Origin: Ginglymostoma cirratum
Lineage: Eukaryota
Assembly: GCA_024137785.1 (NCBI GenBank)
Contig: JAHRHZ010000215.1
Span: 740,309-804,308 of the forward strand
DNA length: 64,000 nucleotides
Direction of reading: 5' to 3'
Positions 25,401 through 37,400 of this stretch are shown one piece after another. Numbering within the stretch: the stretch's first letter is position 1; each line of letters starts with the position of its first letter. Under the pieces are notes generated by a model that was given only the letters and a program-made list of their open reading frames with translations, ran no database searches and was not told the DNA's origin. A program made the position numbers and the translations under genes.

Positions 25401-28400
25401 TTTAAGCAAACAGCCAATTTTTGAACAAAATTTTATATGAAACTCATATGTGCCTATCCCACAAATTAAAATAATTAACTGTGGCAGAGACAGTGCAACG
25501 TTAGCAATTACTTCAGGTGGCCAGAAGCAAACATATTGTGTAAACAGTAAACAGACTGAGGATCACAAGTCAGACCCTTACCATGCAGGTGATTCTTATC
25601 TGTCCGCTAAAATGGCTGAGTTAGCCACATTGTCTCAGCACAATTGGGAATGGGCAATAAATGCTGGCTTTGCCAGTGGCACTCACATCCCATAAGTGAA
25701 TAAAGAACTTGAAAAATTTCAGAGGGCCTATCCGATATCAAACCGAGGTAAGATTTAGTATCTGTGGATTTCCTCTGACTGCTCACTGGGGACTTTGGGA
25801 ATTGGGAAATAAAGGCTCAAACAAGTTACCAAGTGACAGCCTGATATACAGAGCAAGGTCACAAATCAGACACTCAGAACGGATTTCAGAAGAGGACCAT
25901 TGAGCGGATGCAGAAGATATCTACCAGGATTGGGAGAGCGCGCAAGGGGAAGAAAGTGAGTAAGTACGAGAGAGCGAGCGAGACACAGTGGGACCATAAG
26001 ACAGAGGAGCAGACATCAGGCCATTTGGAGTTCAGAAAAGATTTACAAGGATTTGTCAGGGTTGGAGGGTTTGAACTACATGGAGAGGCTGAATAGGCTG
26101 AGGCACATTTCGCCGGATTGTCAGAGGGTGAAGGATGACCTTTTAGAGGTTTATAAAATCATGAGGGGCATGGATAAGGTAAATAGGCAAGGTCTTTTCC
26201 CTGGGGTGAGTGAGTCTGAAATTAGAGGGCATAGGCTTAAGGTGAGAGGGGAAAGATTTAAAAGGCACCTAAGGGGCAACTTCTTATGGAGAAGGTGTTG
26301 CATATATAGAATGGGTTGCCTGAGGAAGTGGTGGAGGCTAGTACGATTACAGTATTTAAAAGCCACTTGGATGGGTATATGAATAGGAATGGTTTGGAGG
26401 GATGTGGGCCAAATGCTGGCAAATGGGACGAGATTGATATAGGATGGTCAGCATGGGCAAGTTGGACCAAAGCATCTGTTTCCGTGCTGTACGTCTCTAT
26501 GACTCAGAGTCTGCTCTGCCATGGTTATCATCTTATCATGGTTGATAAGTTTCTCAACCCCATTCTCCCGCTCTCTTCCTGTAACCCTTGATTCCCTTGA
26601 CAATCAAGAACCTATCTCTGTCTTAAATATACTCAATGACCTGACCTCCACAGCTTATTGTGGCAATGAATTCCATAGATTCACCACTCTGGGTGAAGAA
26701 GTTTCTCCTTCTCTCCGCTCTAAAGGTCTTCCCTTTACTCTAAGGCTGCACCCTCAGATCTAAAAGGTCTTCCCTTTACTCTAAGGCTGCACCCTCGGGT
26801 CCTAGTCTCTCCTACCAATGGAAATGTATTCCCAGAATCCACTCTGTACAGGCCATTCAGTATTCTTGAGTTTCAATTAGATCCCCCTCATCCTTCTAAA
26901 CTCCATCAACTATCGACCCAATGTCGTCAACCAATCCTCATACGTTAAGCTTTTCATTCCTGGGCTCATCCTCGTGAACCTTCTCTGAACCCACTCGAGG
27001 GCTGGTACATCCTTCCTGTGGTATAGGGCCCAAATTACACTCAATACTTCAGATGGTGTCTGACCATAACTTTATAAAGCTTCATAAAGTACATTCCTTC
27101 TTTTAGGGCAGCCCAGTAGCTCAGTGGTTAGCACTGCTGCCTCACAGTGCCAGGGGCCCGGGTTCAATTCCACCCTCGGGTGCCTGTCTGTGAGATTGCA
27201 CATTCTCCCTGTCTCTGCGTGGGTTTCCTCCGGGTGCTCTGGTTTCTCTCTCAGTCCAAAGATGTGCAGACTAGGAGGATTGGCCATGCTAAATCGCCCA
27301 TAGTGTTCAGGGGTGTGTAGACTAGGTGGGTTATAGCGGGGTGGGTCTGGGTGGGATGCTTTGAGGTTCAGTGCAGACTTGTTGAGCTGAAGGGCCTGTT
27401 TCCACACTGTAGGAATCTACAATCTATGATTCTATGATATTCTAGTCCTCTCAAAATAAATGCCAACATTGTCTTTGCCTTACTAACTCTCAACTCAACC
27501 TGCAAGTTTACCTCAAGACAATCCTGGACTAGTACTCCCACGTCTTTTTGCACTTCAGATTTCTAAATTTTCTCCCCATTTAGAAAATACCCTGTGCAGC
27601 TATCCTTCCTACCAAAGTGCATGATCTCACACTTTCCCATGTTGTATTTCACCTGCCACTTGTTTGCCCTTTCTTCTCACCTGTCTAAATTCTTCTTCAG
27701 CCTCCTCACCTCCTTAACACTACCTTGTCCCTCCACCTATCCTGGCATCATCTGCAAACTTAGCTAGAATGCCCTTAGTTTCTTCATCTAAATCGTTAAT
27801 GTACAAAGTGAAAAGTTGTGGTCCCAACACTGACCCTTGTGGAACACCACTAGTCACCATCTGTCATCCTGTGAAGGACCCTTTTATCCCCACTCTCTGC
27901 TTTCTGCCAAACAGCCAATCTTCTATCCAGGTTAGTAGCTTGCCTCTAAAGCCACGGGCCCTTATTTTACTTAGCAGCGTCCTGTGCGGCACCTTGTCAA
28001 AGGCCTTCTGGAAAGAAAGAAGGAAAGAAGGATCGATCGATGGATCGGATCGATCCGAATTGAGAGACAGACAGACAGAATTGGGGGAGGAGAGAGACAG
28101 ATAGAGGAGGAAGACAGAGAGACAGAGTGACGTGGTGGGGAAGGAGTGAAAGAAAGGGAGAGAGAAAGAAAGAAAAAAGGGAGGGAGGGAGTGAGGAAGG
28201 AAAAGAGAAGAGCAAGAAAATGAGAGGGAAAGGACGAATTGGATTGTTCTACTGACAGAATCAAGGACCTCGATGGGCCAAATGGCCCTTTTCTGCACCA
28301 TATGACTCTGTTCTCCTTCACATGTTTATCTAGCTTCCCCTGAAATGCATCTACATGTGCTACATGTCTCAACTGTTCTTGATATCTCACTGCACATTTC

Positions 28401-31400
28401 AGTCGGTCCCTTAGTCAAGGATTTATTCCTGAACATTCCACTGGGAGTTACTACTGACTATCTTATATTTCTCATCCCTAGTTTTAATCTGGATGCCACA
28501 GTGAAAGGCAGTCACACACTTTTGTCCTCCCCATGTGACAGAAAAGATCAGTAAGTATTAAGTACAATCACTCTCCGCTAATTCTGAGGAGGAGGTGGGT
28601 AACGTCAGACTGCAGAAACCAGTAAGGCATGGACTACCGAACATGAATTGTCAACAAAGATTGAGAAACAACCTGCCGAAAAGGAAACATTTGTTTACCT
28701 GATACATGCAGACAAATCTATATTAGAAAATATTAGATAGCTTGCACAGCAATCCAAGAGAGTAATCCCATCCAGGAGCTAATAAATCACTGTGTAAAGC
28801 TCATTAATTTCTGGTTGAACAGCTAGGCTGAACACAGCTAGAGATCTGTTTAATATATCATACACACATATACTTACACAAGACAACTCCTTATTACCAC
28901 ACAAAGTGTGTGTGTACAGAGGAACGATTCCCAGAGGATCGTTGTAGACTTCTTGAGGGGGGGAATGGGATAAAACCTTAGTTATTTAGCAATAGTCAGA
29001 CATAAGAAATGGCAGCAGAGTGCAGGATCTGCCCTGTGTGCTATGGAGAATTTTGGGTTTCTTCAGGGAAAGTGGGGGAGAAAAACAGAGGGAGAGAGAG
29101 AAGAAACAAACTAAACATAAAGGAGTTATGAAAGCAGCAGGTGGAACACCAGGTTAACCTGCAATGACCAATGCTGGTCAGTGGCATGTGAGTCAGCCGA
29201 GGTCAGCTTCATACACAAGATGGAAATTTTCTCCCCCTAAATAATTAAGGACATCTTATCAAGCATTTAGAAATGGGGACATTCATCTCACTTGTACCCA
29301 AAGACTCTTTGCATGTAGAATTTACATTAACTGATTTAGATGGGTAGGATCATGATTGATGATCTATTGAAAAATGGTCCTTCAACCAAAAATACTTTTG
29401 AGAAATCACACAATTGAGGAGGCATGGTACAATGGTTTGTCATCATGACTGGAGCTAGATACCAGCTCAAGACAATTGGTAGCTCTTCCACCTCAACGTC
29501 ACAGCTTCAAGTCCAAACCGTGTCACCCAAGGGTACATCACCTGGAGGGTCAGCTTTCAGATAAAGTATGACAACTGACACTGATCCGCCAATTTGCAGA
29601 GAAGCAATGGGCTTTCTTGGTGTCAACACATCACACATCACCACCTAAAAAAGGTCTCTGGGGCATTCAGGAATTACTCGAAGTGGAAACCATTAAAGAA
29701 TATCCATTGTATAACCTTCTGCTTTCTCAATCATTTTCCTGACTGACTGTTCTAGACGGCTTCTTCATTAGGTGCAAACTTCCAGCAGGGAGTATGGCCA
29801 GCTGGAATAGTTAGAATCACAGAATCCTTACAGTGTGGAGGCAGGCCATTCAGCCTATTGTGTCCGCACCAACCCTCTGGAGACCCGCCCCCTACCCAAA
29901 GAGCCTGCATTTCTCATGGCTAGCCTGCACATTGCCTGGACACAATGGACAACTTAGCATGGCCAATCCACCGAGCTAGCATCCACCTAGCTAGCACATC
30001 TTTGGATGGTGGGAGGAAACCCACATAGACAGTCGCCCGATGAATCAAACCTGGGTCCCTGGCGCTGAGAGGCAGCAGTGTCAACCACTGAACCACCGCA
30101 CTGCCCCTTTTTTTCCTGTGCAAAGCTTACTGATGTTCAATCTGCATCTTGTTTACATGACTGCCACATAATTTAGTACTATCCGAAACACAAAGTTGCT
30201 TGGTGAACAGTGATGCTTTATAGCAGCATCATGGACCCCCACTCCTGTCAGGTACAAGTTCTCAACTTCAGTTGCGAGAGTGCAGAATGTGCCTCTGCAA
30301 GGTACGTAGACTTGCCAAATTACTGCATCTTCACATTTCCAACGTTGTTCCTTTTTCCGCTTCTAAATGTGTTCAGAGTCCCTGGAAAGCTCTCACGAAC
30401 AGATTGCATCCTTTTCCCTTTGATGGCCTTGCCAAAAGACTGACAACCAGGCAGGTCATCCCACTGTTAGACAGCAAGCAGGAAGAAGGGCAATTTTCTC
30501 AGCTCTGTCTTTTTCTTTGTAAAGGAGCAGACATTAAAAACTGTTTCAGAGATAGTAGGAACTGCAGATGCTGGAGAATCTGAGATAACAAGGTGTAGAG
30601 CTGGATGAACACAGCAGGGCCAAGCAGCAGAGGAGCCGGAAGGCTGATGTTTCAGAAATGGGGGAGGGGAAGGGGGTTCTGAAATAAATAGGGAGAGAGG
30701 GGGAGGCAGATAGAAGATGGATAGAGGAGAAGATAGGTGGAGAGGAAACAGACCGGTCAAAGAGGCGGGGATGGAGCCAGTAAAGGTGAGTGTAGGTGGG
30801 GAGGTAGGGAGGGGATAGATCAGTCCAGGGAGATCAGGTCAAGGGGGCGGGATAAGATTAGTAGGTAGGAGATGGGGTGGGGCTTGGGGTGGGAGGAGGG
30901 GATAGGTGGGAGGAAGGGCAGGTTAGGGAGGCGGGGACGAGCTGGGCTGGTTTTGGGATGCGGTAGGGGGAGGGAAGATTTTGCCCCACCTCCCCCAGCA
31001 CTTTTCCCTGCAACCGCAGGAAGTGCTACACCTGCCCCTACACCTCCCCCCTCAACCCCATCCCAGGCCCCAAGAAGACTTTCCACATCAAGCAGGTGAC
31101 CCAAGCAGAGGCTTGGGGACTGCTTCGCAGAACACCTACGCTCAGTTCGCAATAAACAACTGCACCTCCCAGTCGCAAACCATTTCAACTCCCCCTTCCA
31201 TTCTGCAGACGACATGTCCATCCTGGGCCTCCTGCAGTGCCACAATGATGCCACCCGAAGGTTACAGGAACAGCAACTCATATTCCGCTTGGGAACCCTG
31301 CAGCCCAATGCTATCAATGGGGATTTCACAAGCTTCAACATCTCCCCTCCCCCTACCGCATCCCAAAACCAGCCCAGCTCGTCCCCGCCTCCCTAACATG

Positions 31401-34400
31401 TCCTTCCTCCCAGCTATCCCCTCCTCTCACCTCAAGCCCCACCCCCATCTCCTACCTCCTAACCTCATCCCGCCCCCTTGACCTGTCTGTCCTCCCTGGA
31501 CTGACCTGTCTCCTCCCTACCTCCCCACCTACACTCACCTTTACTGGCTCCATCCCTGCCTCTTTGACCGGTCTGTCTCCTCTCCACCTATCTTCTCCTC
31601 TATCCATCTTCTATCTGCCTCCCCTTCTCTCCCTATTTATTTCAGAACCCCCTTCCCCTCCCCCATTTCTGAAGAAAGGTCTAGGCCCGAAACATCAGCC
31701 TTCCTGCTCCTCTGATGCTGCTTGGCTTGCTGTGTTCATCCAGCTCTACACCTTGTTATCTCAGACATTAAAAACTTATTGAATTGCTGTTCGGTGGGAA
31801 AAAGAGTGTTTTCTTTGGCACTCTGCAATATGTGCTGAGTGCTCCAGTCCTCCGTCATAGCCAGAGCCAACTTTCTGACATTCAATGTGACAGAAACATG
31901 CCTCGTTGTGCACCTACCCTCTGAACAATCATTGTTCCATCTCCGTAGGTGTTGCTGGATGTTTCAGCTGCTGAAGACTCCTCTTCATCATGCACCACCA
32001 TTGTGCTTACGCTGTCTGTGTCACCGTCTTTGTTACGGCTTGGTCTGAAGAACAAAGCCAAAAATTCGAAAAAAATTTCGAAGCGATACCATTTATTTTC
32101 ATCATCAATTTATTTTGTGACTGCTTTAAGACATAGATTTCATCTGCAGAGAAGGAGTTATCATTATTATAAAGTCATGGCTCTCATTTTCAGGGCAAAT
32201 CACATTATAGAAGTCTATCCTGTGTTTCTTCTTTTGATCTTTATTCATCATGGGCTGAGGATGACACTGGCAACAAACAGCATTTGTTGCCCATCCCTAA
32301 TTATCCCGGAATTGAAGAGCTTGCTACATCATTTCAGAGATTAGTTAGGAGTCAACCACATTGCTGTGGATCTGGAGTCAAACTGGGGTTGTTTTCTCTG
32401 GAGCAGAGGGGAGAGGCTAAGGGAAGACTTGATAGAAGTCTATAACATTATAGATAGGGTTGACAGTCAGAATCTTTTTCCCAGAACTGAATTGCCTAAT
32501 ACTTGGAGGCATGCACTTAAGATGAGAGGGAAAAGTTCTAAGGAGATGTGAGGGGCAAGTTTTTTTTTTAAAACAGAGAGTGGAAGGAGTTTGGAATGCA
32601 CTGCCAGGGGCGGTGGAGGAGGAAGGTAGGATAGGGACGTTTAAGGCACTTTTAGACAAGCACATAGATGTGCAAGGAATGGAGGGATATGGACCAAGGG
32701 CAGGCAGAAGGGATTAGTTTTGTTTGGCATCATGTTCGGCACAATATCGTGAGCTGAAGAGCCCGTTCCAGGGCTGTACTGTTCTATGTTCTATGATTCC
32801 AGGTAAGGACAGCAGATTTCTTTCCCTGCAAGGACTTTAGTGAGGCAGCTAAGTTTTTGTAATAACCGCTGATTGTCTCAGTAAGTGACCATGAAACTTG
32901 ATTTTGATCCCAATTCCTTTACAATTGATTAGTTAAAAGCACGTATTAAATCCACCACCTGCTACAGTGATATTTGAACCCACATCCCAAGGCCTTGTGG
33001 GTTACTGGTTGAGTGACATTACTGTGGTGTCATCATTGCCCTGTTGTACACTGATAAATGTACATGTGGAAGCAGGGAGGCTACTGTGCTCCCACAGCTC
33101 GATACACCTGACTATGCTAGCAGATGAGAATAAGCCACCTAACTGAGGCACTAGACAGGACAAACAGACAAACTTCTGGGAAGAGAGAGAAAGAACTTTG
33201 GACTGGGTAATGATAATCTGAAGACAACTTATTGAATTCACATCCAAAAAGCACGTTTTCTTCCCACAACACATGACTGACTAGGCATCCTCTTTCTGTT
33301 TCAGGTTTGAAGTTGTTTGCTTTTACTGGTGCCTCGTCAAAAGTGATAAAGCTGACAATTGGTGGGAGTAGGCAGTCATGAGGTAGTTAACAAGAAGGAC
33401 AGCATGTATGATTTGCGCCGTGCCATGTACTTTAAGAAGCAGCTTGTTACTGGTCATTGCTGCCATAATGAGGGCCCTGGGTCTCTTTTTAACCAGTGAA
33501 TGAGTCGTTCATAAAGTGATGAAGCAGCTGAGCTGCCCAGCCACTTCAGCCTGGACCACAGGAAGTACTCACCCTGATCTGGAGCCATCAGAGCTGGACA
33601 GATTCTCATCTTGACGTTCACTGTCAGCTTCCTCCTCATCATCATCACTGCTGCCAGAGTCCTCACTGGAGGACGAGTAGTCCATCACTTTAACCGGTGG
33701 TTTGGGCAGCTCGTCTGACCGGATGTCTTTCCCCAGGTTCAGCATGTCCTTTAGAAACACATTAAAGTCTCTTAATCTAGCAGGAAAAACCCAAGGTCTT
33801 TACACCAACCAGCAAACCTACTTGTTCAGTTAATGTGCTAGAGTTCCCACACATCTGACAATAGAGGCTTTTTACTGATCATAGCAAGCCAACAATTACA
33901 TGATTTCAATGAACTGTCAACAGACATGCTCAAAGTGAACCTTAACACAGAAATTATACATTCCTATCGAGATCCCTTCATGAAAACGAAAAGAAATATG
34001 TCGTCATGCTGATATGAAAATTGGCTTGCTACATGGGAAGATCACTCATCCGACTGCTTCTTTCATTCCACCCAACAGCTACATATAGCTATTCCGATAT
34101 TAACACTTTCAGCAGTCACAAGCCCATTAAAAGATCCTTTTGCAGCATTAAACTTGCTGTCAAGCCCAGAAATGCAGGTCTCTAGTGCACTGTCTGGTTT
34201 TATTCAGTGCATTAATCACCCTACTTACAAGAATGAATTTGATTATATCTGTGACCCTGTCTGCCCTCGTACAATTTACAATTTGATTTCAATGTCCTCA
34301 GTCTATGCTTTCAATCTCATCAAGTTTGTACACCCCAAAGATCATCTCTTAGTTACGCTCTTTCTCTGATCAAAAGGCCCAAATTTACCTTGTGCTTTGA

Positions 34401-37400
34401 CATAAATGACTGGGGAAACTTCAGGACTTTGGGTTTACAGCAAGGGAGTGCAACTAATTGTCTAGCTTGGTCAAAGAGCTGGCACAAGCACGATTGGCCA
34501 GTTGGCCTCCTGCCTTGCTGCTAGGTTCCGTGCTGTCTCACAGCTTAGACATTTGACGTCGTCAGCCATGAGGCTTTCCTCTGCAATAACCCCAGTACTC
34601 ACAAAATTTCCTTGTGTAGCAAAGATCAGAAGCGGACACGGTATTCCCACTGCAGCCTGATCAGTGCATCGTACTGTTCCTTTCTTTGAAAGGAACCCAC
34701 TGACATCTTGGCTTTGGGTATCAGCAACGATTTTCCTGATTGACTACAGCAGAGAAGCAGCCACATTGACCAAGTCTCCCAGGTTTCTTTCACCATCACC
34801 CTGAGCCGCTTTAACCCCATTAATGCTGTATTGATGGGTTGGTATTGGCAAGTGTATGCATGTGAACAAGGAGAGAGCTTTCTATGAGGTTGCAAAGCTG
34901 AACATCAAGCCAAAGCAAATACGATCCAACATATACAAATGTCAGATGTAAAAGCAAGCTTACAGTAAAATACAGATTGACACTAACCTCACCTATTGCC
35001 CTCTTATAGCTCTGAGAAGTGGCAAAGTTTTGAAGGCAAAAAGGAAGAAGGCACAAAGTTATTTAAAAACAAATTGAAATCACACATCATTGAACTAATT
35101 CAAATTCAATACTGCAGCCATAATACACTCAAAGTCATACTTCTAAGACAAAATGAACGACAGGACAGTTTCAGGAGAGAACAGTAAATCAAGTTTAGAG
35201 TAACAGGATACACAGACTGGCTTAAATTGCACTGTGATCCAATTGTTTACATTCAACTAAAGAAGGATTTGTGCTCCTGACTTCAGACAACCTTGGGCAT
35301 CTTTGTAGGGAAAGCAGACTGGATACATTGATTTAATTACCAAGCAAATCAGCTCAAGACTGAACACAACGGAGTCTGGCCAGGTACTGAGATTGCAAAA
35401 TGCTTCTCCAGAAGGGTTGGAGGAAGACAGAATTGGCAAGTGACACTGGGACAAGAGGTGTAACCCCAAATGCCAGAATCAGAGCAATTCAACTGTGACA
35501 ATGTGGCTGAGAGCTGGCAAGTGGATATTTCTTGCAAGGAGGTCTCAAGTTGCAGAGGGCAGGAGTTTCTTTTCATGGGCTGTAGGTGTCACTGGCTAGG
35601 TTAACAGTTATTGCCCATCCCTAATTGGCCTGAACTACCACTACAGTTCTTGAGGTACAGAAATAATGTCATAGCTCCAAGTCAGGATGGTGTGTGACCT
35701 AAAAGGGAACTTGCAAGTGGTGCTGTTCCCATGCTTCTGCCGCCCTTGTCCTTCTAGGTTTTTTTGGCCTGGAATAATATTTTGCATGCTCTAGACTGTT
35801 TACTGTGGCATTAGCTTCCCTCCGCTGGCTAAGACGAGGAGTAACTCACTCACACAAACCAGGAAGACCCCAAGTGAAATCCAGTTAAAATCACTACAGG
35901 CATAATAAACCCATTGTGTATCCATCAGTTGTTCATGCAGAGGCCATTCAGCCTATCAAGTCGGTGCAATCATTCAATTAGATCTGGCTGATCTGTACTT
36001 GAACTCCATCAATCCATCTTGGTTCTGTCACGTTCAATACCTTAACCAAAGTAAGATGTATCAATTTCAGTTCTGAAGCCTTCAACTGACCAGCAGCATT
36101 TTTTTAGTGGGGCAAGAGATTTCCATGCCCATGTGAAGAGCTGTTCTCGATTCTAACATCAAGGTTTTTCTTGCTTCTTCTGTACTTTTCCCAATATTTC
36201 CCAATCCCAAATACCCCCTCACCTGCATCCGCCTATCACCGCCCCACCTCCCCTCCCTCTCGCTTCCCTGACCTGACACAACCTGTCCATCTTCCTCCCC
36301 GTCTATCTGCTCCATCCTTCCCACCGACCAATCCCCACCACTGCCTACCTGTACCCACCTATCACACCCCACCTACCTTACCCCAGCTCCAACCCTCTTC
36401 CCTCTATTTATTTCCCAGCTCCCTTCCCCCTCCCCAACTCTGAAGAAGGATCCCGACCCAAAACATCGACTTTCCTACCCCTCTGATGCTGCCTGATCTA
36501 CTGTGTTCCTCCAGCTCCATACTGTGTTGTCTCTGACTCCAGCATCTGCAGTTCTTGGTATCTTTGATTTCTCTGTACTTAATACTTTAATCATCATAAC
36601 GTACCTTGATTTGATTGCTTTTCTCAAGTTTAATACAAACCCCTGTTGTTTTTTTAAAAGAAGGTGTGTTATGTCTTGTGGCTGTGCTAATCCAGGGAAG
36701 TGGTGAGTAAGTTATATCATACATACGTATCAACAGCAAGAGGAAAAAACATGCTTCTCAACCAAGGTGAGCAGCTTGGACACTCAATCTGAAGACTACA
36801 CTAACAAAGAAAGTAGCAAGACCCAGTTATTAAGATTGCTGAAAGAATGCAGCTCAATTTAAGTCCGTCAACTCAGTAGACGGCTCAGGGTTGATTAAAC
36901 TGACTGCAAATAGACCGACTTGTCTTTTCACAGACAGTACATTGCATCATTACATTTGCTATAATCCTTGTTACTTAACAATCGAATGAGAAGGTATTTC
37001 AAAAAAAGGATATTTGGCAAGCTCCTTTAGGAGACTGCTGTCACAGTGGGGAGGCACACAGGACAGTTCCTAATCGTTTCACTTCAGTTACGATCCAAGA
37101 CACTTGAAGGGTGAGGAATCCATGTAGGGAAACAGACACACTCCTGAACTGTTCAAGCTTCAGTGGATAATGTAATCTGGGCTATACTTAGAGCAATCCC
37201 CCTTCTCTTCTCTGGCCAAAAAAAGAAATGCAGTGCAAAACTGCATTTACCAAACTGTGGCTACTTTTCCCCTCCAATTTCCTGGACCATCAGTCTGATT
37301 TGGATTGCTGACTCAGCATCAATTCATGCTGGGTTGGACTATGTTGGCTCTGAACACTCAGAACAGAATGCAGGCTATTCCCCTCACTTAGACTCCATCA

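Noticed and set aside
26722-26796. 34-bp direct repeat
   Set aside because: Local tandem duplication inside a CR1 remnant; two copies only, not an array or CRISPR.
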